From assembly GCA_963704725.1 (NCBI GenBank), contig OY969934.1, forward strand, positions 1,440,001 to 1,504,000: a stretch of 64,000 bases of DNA, read 5' to 3'. Positions 33,565-42,984 of this stretch are shown piece after piece (positions within the stretch are counted from its first letter, which is position 1; each line of letters opens with the position of its first letter). The notes beneath the pieces are model-generated. The model did no database searches and was not told the DNA's origin. It saw only the letters and a list, made by a program, of their open reading frames with translations. Origin of the DNA: an uncultured Actinomycetes bacterium (GTDB taxonomy: Bacteria; Actinomycetota; UBA4738; HRBIN12). The translations under genes were made by a program, and so were the position numbers.

Positions 33565-34491
33565 ATGCCGATCACCGAGGTCGACAAGATCTGGATGGAC
33601 GGCGAGCTCGTGGACTGGCGCGACGCCAAGATCCACGTCCTCAGCCACGCCTTGCACTACGGGAGCGGGGTCTTCGAGGGGATCCGGGCCTACGCGACGG
33701 CTCGGGGGCCCGCGGTGTGGCACCTCGACGAGCACCTCAAGCGCCTGTCGCGCTCCGCGAAGCTCTACCACATGGACCTCCCGTACTCGATGGAGGCCAT
33801 CGGCGACGCGATCAAGGAGGTCATCCGGGCCAACCGCCTCGAGGCCTGCTACGTCCGGCCGCTCGTCATGCGCGGATACGGGGAGATGGGCGTGAACCCT
33901 CTCAACGCGCCGGTGAACGTGATCATCGCCGTGTGGCCGTGGGGCGCGTACCTGGGCGAGGACGCCCTGGAGCAGGGCGTCCGCATCAAGGTCTCGTCCT
34001 GGCGTCGGAACTCCCAGAACTCGCTGCCCGCGAGCGCGAAGGCGACGGGGCAGTACATCAACGGCGTGCTGGCGAAGGTGGAGAGCCTGAAGGCCGGGTA
34101 CGACGAGGCGATCCTGCTCAACGAGTCGGGGTATCTCACCGACGGCTCCGGCGAGAACGTCTTCGTCGTTCGCGACGGCGTGCTGTCGACCCCGAGGACC
34201 CAGTCGGGCTGCCTGGACGGGATCACCCGGACCACGATCATCACGCTGGCCCGGGATCTCGGGTACGAGGTTCGCGAGGAGGACCTCGTCCGCACCGACC
34301 TCTACCACGCCGACGAGGCGTTCTTCTCGGGGACCGCCGCCGAGATCACGCCGATCCGCGAGGTGGACGACCGGGTCGTGGGCGAGGGCCATCGCGGACC
34401 GATCACCAAGGAGCTCCAGGGCGCGTTCTTCTCGGCCACCAAGGGCGAGATCGAGCGCTACGCCGCCTGGCTCACCTACGTGAACGACTGA
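33565..34491 (+). CDS. ilvE: Branched-chain amino acid aminotransferase
   Basis: HALHYGSGVFEGIRAY, AKATGQY, GSGENVF, LDGITR, GTAAEITP; AGGAGG SD. Confidence 0.95.
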   Translation: MPITEVDKIWMDGELVDWRDAKIHVLSHALHYGSGVFEGIRAYATARGPAVWHLDEHLKRLSRSAKLYHMDLPYSMEAIGDAIKEVIRANRLEACYVRPLVMRGYGEMGVNPLNAPVNVIIAVWPWGAYLGEDALEQGVRIKVSSWRRNSQNSLPASAKATGQYINGVLAKVESLKAGYDEAILLNESGYLTDGSGENVFVVRDGVLSTPRTQSGCLDGITRTTIITLARDLGYEVREEDLVRTDLYHADEAFFSGTAAEITPIREVDDRVVGEGHRGPITKELQGAFFSATKGEIERYAAWLTYVND

Positions 34492-34493
34492 AC

Positions 34494-37031
34494 GTGACCG
34501 AAGAGGCTCGCTACCGCCTGCCCCGCTCGGTCGTCCCGCGCCGGTACGACCTCGTGCTCGAGCCGGACCTCGACGCCGCGACGTTCTCCGGCAGCGAGGA
34601 CGTCGAGGTCGAGGTTCGCGAGCGTGTGAGCGAGATCGTCCTCAACGCCGACGAGCTCTCGATCTCCTCGGGGTGGCTCGAGCGTGACGGAACACGCATC
34701 CCCGTGGTCGAGGTCCGGGTCGACGCGGAGGCCGAGCGTGCCCACGTGCGTCTGGACGACGAGGCCGAGCCCGGGGAGTGGGTGCTGCATCTCGAATTCG
34801 CGGGCGGGCTCTCCGATCGTATGCGGGGCTTCTACCGATCCACGTACGAGGAGAACGGCGGGACACGGACCCTGGCCACCACGCAGTTCGAGTCCACGGA
34901 CGCGCGGCGGGCGTTCCCCTGCTGGGACGAGCCGGACCTCAAGGCGGTGTTCGGCGTCACGCTCGTGGTCCGGGACGGGCATCTGGCCGTCTCGAACGGG
35001 CCGGAGGTCGAGCGGCGGACCGAGATCGACGGCCGCGTCCGGATCCGGTTCGCCGACACGATGCCGATGTCGACGTACCTGGCGGCGTTCGTGGTGGGAC
35101 CGATGGAGGCCACCGAGCCGATCGACGTCGACGGCGTCCCGCTCCGCATCGTCCACCAGCCGGGCAAGGGCCATCTCACGGCGTACGGGCTCGAGGTCGG
35201 CGCGTTCTGCTTGCGATTCTTCGCGGACTACTACGGCATCCCGTATCCGGACGCCAAGGTGGACATGATCGCGCTCCCGGACTTCGCGCAGGGCGCGATG
35301 GAGAACCTCGGCTGCATCACGTTCCGCGAGAACCTCCTGCTCGTCGAGCCCGACAAGGCCACGCAGCCCGAGCTCGCGGCGGTGGCGGAGGTGATCGCGC
35401 ACGAGCTCGCGCACATGTGGTTCGGCGACCTCGTGACGATGCGGTGGTGGAACGGCACCTGGCTCAACGAGGCCTTCGCCACATTCATGGAGATCGTCTC
35501 GGTGGACGCGTTCCGCCCGGCGTGGGAGCGGTGGACGCAGTTCCTGCGGACCCGGTCCCAGGCGTTCGAGGTGGACGCACTGCACAGCACGCGGTCGATC
35601 GAGTACCCGGTCGCGTCGCCCGACGACGCCGCCGGCATGTTCGACACGCTCACCTACACCAAGGGCGCCGCCGTCCTGCGCATGCTCGAGCAGTACCTCG
35701 GGCCCGAGCGCTTCCGCGACGGGATCCGCAAGTACCTCGCCGACCACCGGTTCGGCAACACGGAGACGCACGACCTGTGGGAGGCGATCGAGGCCGCCAC
35801 GGGCGAACCGGTTCGCCGGATCATGGACGGCTGGATCTGGCAGGGCGGCTACCCCATGATCACCGCCGGTCTCGAGGACGGAGGCGTCCGGCTGTCACAG
35901 CGCAGGTTCCTGCTCTCGGGCGAGAACGGCGACGGCCTGTGGGACGTGCCGCTGCTGGTTCGCGCCGGCGGCCAGACCCGACCGGTCCTGATCGAGCCCG
36001 AGGGCGTCACGATCCCGCTGCCGGCCGACGGCGCGATCGTCGTGAACGCCGGCGCGCATGCGTTCGTACGGGTCCGGTACGACGAGACCCTGCTCGCGCG
36101 CATCTCGGGGTCGCTCGGATCGCTCTCCACACCGGAGCGCACCCAGCTCGTCGACGACACGTGGGCGGCGGTCGTCTCCGGCCACTCGTCGGCGGCGGAG
36201 TTCTGCGACTTCGCCGGCGCGTTCCCCGGCGAGACGGAGCTCACGGTGTGGTCGGCGCTGCTGCAGGGGATCGGATGGTGCGAGCGGTTCCTCGACGGCG
36301 CGCCCCGCGAGCACTGCCGGGCGTGGATCCGGGAGCTCGTCGGCCCGGCGCTCGATCGGATCGGGTGGGAGCCCGCGCAGGACGAGGCGGACCTCCGGCG
36401 ATCCCTGCGGGGCGTCCTGCTCTCGGCCCTGGCGGTGCTCGGCGCGGAGCCGAACGCCCAGGCCCTGGCCCGCGAGATCGAGCTCGAGGCGCGGTCGGGC
36501 GGGGCGACGGATCCGTCCCTCGCGTCCGCCTCGATCGGGATCGTCGCGGCAGGCGGCGGGCCGCAGGAGTACGAGGCGTTCCTGGAGGCTCGCGAGAGCG
36601 CGCCCACCCCGCAGGAGAAGCTGCGCTACCTGTACGCGCTCCCGGACTTCCGCGACGCGGTGCTGATCGACCGGACGATCGCTCTCGGTCTCACCAAGGA
36701 GGTCCGCCCGCAGAACGCGCCGGGGCTGTATGCGCGTTCGATCGCCAACCGGGACCAGGGCGAGCGGGCCTGGCGATTCGTCAAGGAGCACTGGGACCGG
36801 ATCGTGGCGCGTGTCGCGCCCTCGACGGTCGTGTTCCTGGCCGACGGCGTCCGCTACCTCACCACCCCGGAGCTGGTCGAGGACGCCGAGGCCTTCTTCG
36901 CGGAGCACCCCATCCCGCAGTCCGCGCTCCAGCTGCGGCAGATCCTGGAGCGGCAGCGGGCGATCGCCGACCTGCGGAGGCGCGCCGTCCCCGACCTCCA
37001 GACGTTCTTCAGCGCTCCGAGCCCTCGCTAG
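34494..37031 (+). CDS. pepN: M1 family aminopeptidase (puromycin-sensitive type)
   Basis: ARRAFPCWDEP, GAMEN, HELAHMWFG...WLNE, YTKG; ERAP1-like C-terminus. Confidence 0.93.
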   Translation: MTEEARYRLPRSVVPRRYDLVLEPDLDAATFSGSEDVEVEVRERVSEIVLNADELSISSGWLERDGTRIPVVEVRVDAEAERAHVRLDDEAEPGEWVLHLEFAGGLSDRMRGFYRSTYEENGGTRTLATTQFESTDARRAFPCWDEPDLKAVFGVTLVVRDGHLAVSNGPEVERRTEIDGRVRIRFADTMPMSTYLAAFVVGPMEATEPIDVDGVPLRIVHQPGKGHLTAYGLEVGAFCLRFFADYYGIPYPDAKVDMIALPDFAQGAMENLGCITFRENLLLVEPDKATQPELAAVAEVIAHELAHMWFGDLVTMRWWNGTWLNEAFATFMEIVSVDAFRPAWERWTQFLRTRSQAFEVDALHSTRSIEYPVASPDDAAGMFDTLTYTKGAAVLRMLEQYLGPERFRDGIRKYLADHRFGNTETHDLWEAIEAATGEPVRRIMDGWIWQGGYPMITAGLEDGGVRLSQRRFLLSGENGDGLWDVPLLVRAGGQTRPVLIEPEGVTIPLPADGAIVVNAGAHAFVRVRYDETLLARISGSLGSLSTPERTQLVDDTWAAVVSGHSSAAEFCDFAGAFPGETELTVWSALLQGIGWCERFLDGAPREHCRAWIRELVGPALDRIGWEPAQDEADLRRSLRGVLLSALAVLGAEPNAQALAREIELEARSGGATDPSLASASIGIVAAGGGPQEYEAFLEARESAPTPQEKLRYLYALPDFRDAVLIDRTIALGLTKEVRPQNAPGLYARSIANRDQGERAWRFVKEHWDRIVARVAPSTVVFLADGVRYLTTPELVEDAEAFFAEHPIPQSALQLRQILERQRAIADLRRRAVPDLQTFFSAPSPR

Positions 37032-37998
37032 GCTCGGACAGCCACGCCGGGTCCGCGTTCGCGCCGCACACGAGGACGACGACCTGCTCCTCAGGATCGG
37101 GCCGGTAACGGCCGGAGAGCAGCGCCGCGAGCGAGGCGGCGCCGCCGGGCTCGGCCACCAGCCGCAGGTCCTCCCAGAGCCGGCGCTGGGCATCGCGGAT
37201 CGCGTCGTCGGTCACGAGCACGACGTGCTCGACGAACCGGGAGGCCACCGCGAAGGCGATCCCGCCGGCCTGCCGCGACCCCAGGGAGTCCGCCGCGTAC
37301 CCGCCGACGTCCACCGGCACCGGCCTCCCGACGCGGAGCGCCTCGGACATCGTGGGGCAGGCGTCCGGCTCGACCCCCACGACGCGGACCCGGCCCTCGA
37401 ACCAGGCGGCGACGCCGCCGATCAGCCCGCCGCCGCCGATCGCCACGAGCACGGTGTCGGCGTCGGGGGCCTGCTCGGACAGCTCCGCGCCGACCGTGCC
37501 CTGACCGGCGACGACCTCGGGCTGGTCGAACGCGTGCATCACGAGGGCCCCGGTCTCGGAAGCGCGGGTGGCGCTCGCGGCGAGGGCCTCGTCGTAGTAG
37601 CCGGGGATCACCCGGACGTCGGCGCCGAGGGAGGCGATCCGCTGCGCCTTGATGGCCGGGGAGGTCTCGGGGACGAAGACCTCGGCGCGGTGGCCGAGCT
37701 CGCGGGCCGCGTAGGCCACCGCCAGCCCGAAGTTGCCGCCGGACGCCGCGATCACGCCGGACGCCGGGACCTCGGCCGAGAGCATCTTGTTGAACGCGCC
37801 CCGCGGCTTGAACGACCCCGTGTGCTGGAGCAGCTCGAGCTTGAGGGTGAGCCGACCCGGAACGCCGAACGCGCCGGGCTCCAGGGCCAGCACCGGCGTC
37901 CTGCGGACCCGATCGCCGATCCGCGCCCGGGCGGCCTCGACGTCGGCGGGCCCCACCGGCACCGGTTCGCTCGAGCGCGTCGCTTCCACGGGGTCCAT
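37009..37998 (-). CDS. Threonine/serine dehydratase family PLP enzyme, no ACT domain
   Basis: LQHTGSFKPRGA, ASGGN, GQGT, IGGGGL, GVEP, CGAN. Confidence 0.9.
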   Translation of the reverse strand: MDPVEATRSSEPVPVGPADVEAARARIGDRVRRTPVLALEPGAFGVPGRLTLKLELLQHTGSFKPRGAFNKMLSAEVPASGVIAASGGNFGLAVAYAARELGHRAEVFVPETSPAIKAQRIASLGADVRVIPGYYDEALAASATRASETGALVMHAFDQPEVVAGQGTVGAELSEQAPDADTVLVAIGGGGLIGGVAAWFEGRVRVVGVEPDACPTMSEALRVGRPVPVDVGGYAADSLGSRQAGGIAFAVASRFVEHVVLVTDDAIRDAQRRLWEDLRLVAEPGGAASLAALLSGRYRPDPEEQVVVLVCGANADPAWLSEPSEGSER

Positions 37999-38032
37999 GG
38001 TGGCAGACGCGCGCCGGAGCCCTTGCGTGCGC

Positions 38033-38062
38033 TTGACAGGCGTTCGAGGGCCGCCATACCGT
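38033..38062 (+). promoter_or_regulatory. Sigma70-type promoter TTGACA-N18-TACCGT
   Basis: Perfect -35 and TAnnnT -10 immediately before the ALDH ATG. Confidence 0.7.
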
Positions 38063-38072
38063 TCGGGCCCGA

Positions 38073-39566
38073 ATGACCGCCGTGATCGAGGGCGTCGAGG
38101 TCTCGACCGATCACTGGATCGGCGGAGAGGCCGTCGCGTCGGCTCGGGCCTTCGAGGACGTCTCGCCCATCGACGAGATCGTGATCGCGGAGGTCGCTCG
38201 TGGCGGCGCCGAGGAGGCCGGCCGCGCCGTCGAGGCGGCCCGCGCCGGCGCCGAGGTCTGGGGGCGGACCACGCCGAAGGAGCGCGCCGAGGTCCTGCAC
38301 CGGCTCGCCGACCTCATCGAGGAGCACGTTCCACAGCTCGCGGCCGTCGAGACGCGGGACAACGGCTCGCTCCTGCGGTCGATGCGGGGCTCGGTGATGC
38401 CGCGCGTCGCCCGGAACTTCCGGTTCTTCGCCGACCAGCTCACCGAGCTCGGCGAGTCGTTCGAGATGAACGGGTTCCAGAGCCGGACGGAGTGGGATCC
38501 CTCCGGCGTGACGGCGGTGATCACGCCGTGGAACGCGCCCCTCATGCTCGCGACGTGGCGGGTCGCGCCGGCCCTGGCCGCCGGGAACGCCGTGATCCTC
38601 AAGCCCCCGGAGTGGGCGCCGCTGACGGCGTCGATGCTGGCCGCCCTGGCCCGTGAGGCCGGGGTCCCCGACGGCGCCTACAACGTGGTCCAAGGGATCG
38701 GGGAGGAGGCGGGCGCCGCGCTCACCGCGCACCCCGGCGTCGACCGCATCGCGTTCACCGGGTCGATCGAGACCGGGAGGCTCGTGGCGCAGGCCGCCGC
38801 GGCGAACCTGACGCCGGTCTCGCTCGAGCTCGGCGGCAAGTCGCCGTTCGTGGCGTTCGCCGACGCCGATCTCGACGCCGTGGTGAGGCAGGCCGTGAAC
38901 CAGTTCGACAACGCGGGGCAGGTGTGCCTGGCCGGCACGCGCCTGATCGTCGAACGGTCGCTGCACGACGCGTTCCTCGAGCGGTTCCTGGACGCCGCGC
39001 GCGCGATCCGCCAGGGCGATCCCCGGCAGGACGAGACGGACCTCGGCCCGCAGATCACCCGGGAGCACTTCGAGCGGGTCGACGGGTTCGTCCGTCGCGC
39101 CGTGGCCGCGGGGGCCAGGCCGATCCTCGGGGGCGGCCCGAACGACGACCTCGGCGGCCTGTACTACCGGCCCACGCTGTTCGGGGACGTGCCCGCGGGG
39201 GCCGAGGTCCTGCGCAGGGAGGTCTTCGGCCCCGTCCTCACGATCCAGACGTTCGAGGGGGAGGACCAAGCCGTCGCGCTCGCCAACGAGACCGAGTACG
39301 GCCTGGCCGCGATCGTGTACACGGGCGACCGGGCCCGCGCCGAGCGCATGGCCTCGCGCCTCGTCGCCGGGACGGTGTGGGTGAACTGCTTCTTCGTCCG
39401 GGACCTCCGCGCGCCGTTCGGCGGTGCCCGATCCTCGGGCGTGGGGCGCGAGGGCGGCGTCTACAGCTTCGACTTCTACGCGGACGTGAAGAACGTCTGC
39501 TCGGCTCCCTGGGAGGAGGCCTCGAGCAGCGCCGCGGTAGGCCAACGAGGAGGGATCGATGGGTGA
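38073..39566 (+). CDS. Aldehyde dehydrogenase, HpaE-like (hydroxymuconate semialdehyde type)
   Basis: ITPWNAP, KPPEWAP, FTGS, LELGGKSP, GQVCLAG, EVFGP, VRDLRAPFGG. Confidence 0.9.
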   Translation: MTAVIEGVEVSTDHWIGGEAVASARAFEDVSPIDEIVIAEVARGGAEEAGRAVEAARAGAEVWGRTTPKERAEVLHRLADLIEEHVPQLAAVETRDNGSLLRSMRGSVMPRVARNFRFFADQLTELGESFEMNGFQSRTEWDPSGVTAVITPWNAPLMLATWRVAPALAAGNAVILKPPEWAPLTASMLAALAREAGVPDGAYNVVQGIGEEAGAALTAHPGVDRIAFTGSIETGRLVAQAAAANLTPVSLELGGKSPFVAFADADLDAVVRQAVNQFDNAGQVCLAGTRLIVERSLHDAFLERFLDAARAIRQGDPRQDETDLGPQITREHFERVDGFVRRAVAAGARPILGGGPNDDLGGLYYRPTLFGDVPAGAEVLRREVFGPVLTIQTFEGEDQAVALANETEYGLAAIVYTGDRARAERMASRLVAGTVWVNCFFVRDLRAPFGGARSSGVGREGGVYSFDFYADVKNVCSAPWEEASSSAAVGQRGGIDG

Positions 39567-40443
39567 GGTGGTGGGCGCCGCGCTCGTGGCGCACGTTCCA
39601 ACGATCATGCTGCCGGAGGAGGTCCGGCTCGAGATCAACGAGGGCAAGGAGATCACGCTCGTCCCCGGGCTGCACCGGATGAAGGCCGAGTGCCTCGACC
39701 GTCTGAAGCCGGACACCGTCGTCCTCTTCGACACGCACTGGGAGTCGACGTTCGAGCACATCGTGACGTCGCACGAACGCCGGCAGGGGAAGTTCACGAG
39801 CCACGAGCTGCCGCGGGGCATGAGCGCGATCCCCTACGACCTGCCGGGCGACCCCGAGCTCGCGAAGCTGATCGCCGCGCAGGCCGAGGGGCGGGACGAC
39901 TGCTGGATCCTGGCGTGCGACGACCCCTACCTGCCGATCTTCTACGGCACCGTCAACATCTGGACGTTCCTCGGCGATCCGCAGACGCGCTGGGTCAGCG
40001 TGGCGATCAATCAGACGTGCAACACGGAGGACTTCCTGCTGTTCGGGGAGCTGATCGGCAGGGCCATCGCCGAGAGCGACCGCCGCGTGGTGCTGCTCGC
40101 GTCCGGCGGCATGACGCATCGCTTCTTCAACTTCAAGGAGCTCCGGCGCCGCGAGAGCCAGCGCGCGCCGGACAACATCTACGACCCTGCCTACTACGAG
40201 GCCGACATGCGCGTCCTCGACATGCTCCGACGGGGGGACCACGCGGGCGTCATCGACAACATGCCCGAGTACCGCAAGGCGTACCCGGAGGGGCACTTCG
40301 GCCACTACCTGATGCTGGCGTCGGCGCTGGGCGGCCGTGCCTGCACGGGGCGGGGCGAGCTCTTCAGCGAGTACGAGGCATCGGTGGGCACCGGGCAGGT
40401 CCACGTGTGGTTCGAGCGGCCGGAAGGAGGTTGGATGGCCTGA
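39559..40443 (+). CDS. LigB-superfamily extradiol dioxygenase, homoprotocatechuate 2,3-dioxygenase (HpaD)-like
   Basis: AHVPTIM, FDTHW, SHELP, YGTV, LASGGMTHRF, GTGQV. Confidence 0.85.
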   Translation: MGEVVGAALVAHVPTIMLPEEVRLEINEGKEITLVPGLHRMKAECLDRLKPDTVVLFDTHWESTFEHIVTSHERRQGKFTSHELPRGMSAIPYDLPGDPELAKLIAAQAEGRDDCWILACDDPYLPIFYGTVNIWTFLGDPQTRWVSVAINQTCNTEDFLLFGELIGRAIAESDRRVVLLASGGMTHRFFNFKELRRRESQRAPDNIYDPAYYEADMRVLDMLRRGDHAGVIDNMPEYRKAYPEGHFGHYLMLASALGGRACTGRGELFSEYEASVGTGQVHVWFERPEGGWMA

Positions 40444-40501
40444 CGCGCAATGGGTTCGTCGGGATAGCGTTCGCGCATCGTTCACGACGAAGGGGGCGGT
40501 C

Positions 40502-41992
40502 GTGGGAGACAACGTGCCCGTCGCGGAGAACCGGCCCGTGACGGAGGAGTACGAACGGCTCGGCGGCAAGAAGCTGAAGCTCGTCGACGTCCTCGCGCAG
40601 TCGGTCGGCTTCATGGGCCCGGTGTTCAGCGCGGCGTTCATCATCCCGCTGATCATCGGGGTCAACGCGGCGGCCCGCGGGGCCGGAACCTCGGCGCCGT
40701 TCGCCGTGCTCTTGGCCGGGATCGGGGTGTTCGCGCTCGGGTGGATCGTCGCCCAGTACGCGAAGCGGATCCATGCGGCCGGGTCGCTCTACGACTACGT
40801 GTCGAACGGGCTCGGCTCGACGATGGGAGCCGCCTCGGGATGGCTGTACTACGGAGGGACGATCATCCTGACGACCGGCCTGGGCGTCTTGCTCGGCGGG
40901 TACGTGAAGGACAGCCTGCTGCCGACGCTCGAGATCGATCTCGATCTGCCCATCTGGCTGTGGGACTCGATCTTCGCGGTGGGCCTGTTCGTCGTGCTGT
41001 ACCTTGGAGTGCAGATCTCGACCCGCGTCCAGCTCACGCTGGCCCTGATCTCGATCGCGGTCGTGTTGATCTTCTTCATCCGCGTCATCTCGGATCTCGG
41101 GAGCAGCAACGACTTCGCGAAGGCGTTCGACCCGACGCCGAGCCCGGGCGGCTTCAGCGGGATCCTGTTCGGCGTGCTGTACGGGGTGCTGATCTTCGTG
41201 GGGTTCGAAACCGCGGCCAACCTCGCCGAGGAGACGGCAGATCCCAAGCGATCGATCCCCCGGGCCGTCCTCGGCGCCGTGGTCCTCGTGTCCGTCTTCT
41301 ACCTCATCGCGTCCTACGCCGAGGTCGCCGGGTTCGGGTTCGACCTCGGCGTGATCACGAGCCCCGAGGTCTCCGGCGCGCCGCTGTTCGCGCTCGGGGC
41401 GCCGGGCAGCCCGTCCGGCTCGGACTTCTGGCTGAAGCTCCTCCTCGTCGTCGTGTTCCTCGACATGCTGGCCGTGTACGTCGGCGCGGCCGTGGCCTCC
41501 TCGCGAGGGACCTTCGCCATGGCGCGCGACCGCCGGCTGCCGGCGCCGCTCGCCTCGGTCTCGCGGCGGTTCGGGACGCCGACGGGCGCGATCGCGCTCC
41601 TGATCGCGGTGCAGGCGTTGCTGATCGTGGCCAGCGAGGCCTGGGACGGACTGTTCGCGCTGCCGGGCTTCCCGCACTACTTCGCTCTGTTCGCGTGGTG
41701 CGCGACCTTCGGCGGCTTCGCCCTGCTCGTCGTGTACTTCCTGATGTCGGTCGGTGGGCTCCGGGGGCTCCGGGACCATGGGAGCTACGGGAGCCTCGTG
41801 GTGGCCTCGATCCTGGGCATCGTGATGACCGGCGCGGCCATCTTCGGCTCCTTCTACAAGGTGCCGAGTCCCACGATCCTGGCGCCGGAGTACGCGTTGG
41901 GGTGGCTGGTCCTGGGGCTCGTCTACATGGTCGCCGTGAAGGGCCGGGAGCCGGCGAGCCAGGCCCTCGAGGAGCTCCACTCCTCGACCTGA
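40502..41992 (+). CDS. APC family amino acid/amine permease
   Basis: AQSVGFMGP, AGSLYDY, FVGFETAANLAEE; about 12 TM; start approximate. Confidence 0.9.
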   Translation: MGDNVPVAENRPVTEEYERLGGKKLKLVDVLAQSVGFMGPVFSAAFIIPLIIGVNAAARGAGTSAPFAVLLAGIGVFALGWIVAQYAKRIHAAGSLYDYVSNGLGSTMGAASGWLYYGGTIILTTGLGVLLGGYVKDSLLPTLEIDLDLPIWLWDSIFAVGLFVVLYLGVQISTRVQLTLALISIAVVLIFFIRVISDLGSSNDFAKAFDPTPSPGGFSGILFGVLYGVLIFVGFETAANLAEETADPKRSIPRAVLGAVVLVSVFYLIASYAEVAGFGFDLGVITSPEVSGAPLFALGAPGSPSGSDFWLKLLLVVVFLDMLAVYVGAAVASSRGTFAMARDRRLPAPLASVSRRFGTPTGAIALLIAVQALLIVASEAWDGLFALPGFPHYFALFAWCATFGGFALLVVYFLMSVGGLRGLRDHGSYGSLVVASILGIVMTGAAIFGSFYKVPSPTILAPEYALGWLVLGLVYMVAVKGREPASQALEELHSST

Positions 41993-42000
41993 CGGCGCGG

Positions 42001-42984
42001 ATGAGGGGGGCGGGAGCCGGGGCGGCGCCGAGCGCGCCGCCCCGGCTCGTCCTGATCCTGTCCGAGAACTGGACGCTCGTTCCCCAGGACGACCTCCGGG
42101 CGCTCGTCGCGATGGCCGCCCTGGCCGAGGAGGCGGGGTTCGACGCGATCATGGTGAGCGAGCACGTGGCGCTCGGACCCGGGGCCGACGCGAAGGGGCT
42201 CCCGGCCAACCCTCGCGACTACGCGCTCCCGGGCAACCAGGACCCGTCGACCCCGTGGCCCGATCCGCTCGTCCTGCTCGGAGCCGTGGCGGCTGCGACG
42301 ACGAGGCTCCGGCTCGTGGCGAGCTCAATCATCGCCCCGCTGCGCCATCCCGTGCTCCTGGCCAAGCAGCTCGCGACGCTCGATCGGCTCTCGGAGGGGC
42401 GCCTCGTGGTCCAGCCCACGGTGAGCTGGCACCGCGCCGAGTACGAGGCGCTCGGCGTGCCGTTCCAGAAGCGAGGTGAGCTCCTCGACGAGCACCTCGC
42501 CGCGTGGAGGGCGCTGTGGGGCGATTCGCCGGCGTCCTTCGACGGGCGGCACTACCGGTTCTCGGACGTGTACCTGGAGCCCAAGCCGTTCCGCCCGCAG
42601 GGGCCCCCGCTCTGGTTCGGCGGCGAGCGCCTGCACGAGCGGCTGCTCCGCCGGCTCGTCGCGTTCGGCGGCGGTTTCAACCCGCTCGGCCGGCCGAGCG
42701 ACGAGGACCTGACGGGGCTCCGGCGGGCGCTGGCCGAGGCCGGCCGCGACCCGGACGGGCTCGAGCTCGTCGGCGGGACCCGGGGGCGCTTCCCCGACGC
42801 GGCGGGCGTCGCCGACCTCGGGGAGGCGCTGGCCTCGATCCCGGACCAGCTCGCGCGAGGCTTCACGACGATCTGCATCAAGCCCTCGCAGTTCGTCGAC
42901 GACCTCGGCGAGGTCCCGGCGTTGCTTCGGGAGATCGTCCGGCGGGCAAGCGACATGCGCGCCGGACCGCGTAGTTCCGGGTGA
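42001..42984 (+). CDS. LLM-class flavin/F420-dependent oxidoreductase
   Basis: AEEAGFDAIMVSEHV, DPLVLLGAVAAATTRLRL, LAKQLATLDRLSEGRL, PPLWFGG. Confidence 0.88.
   Translation: MRGAGAGAAPSAPPRLVLILSENWTLVPQDDLRALVAMAALAEEAGFDAIMVSEHVALGPGADAKGLPANPRDYALPGNQDPSTPWPDPLVLLGAVAAATTRLRLVASSIIAPLRHPVLLAKQLATLDRLSEGRLVVQPTVSWHRAEYEALGVPFQKRGELLDEHLAAWRALWGDSPASFDGRHYRFSDVYLEPKPFRPQGPPLWFGGERLHERLLRRLVAFGGGFNPLGRPSDEDLTGLRRALAEAGRDPDGLELVGGTRGRFPDAAGVADLGEALASIPDQLARGFTTICIKPSQFVDDLGEVPALLREIVRRASDMRAGPRSSG

Noticed and set aside
33360-37031. Apparent giant fusions in the ORF track (33360-37031, 48470-51760, 58076-61087, 24818-27457, 27624-30278)
   Set aside because: The N-terminal parts are off-frame readings of neighbouring genes; true starts are internal (34494, 49240, 58933, 26216, 29133).
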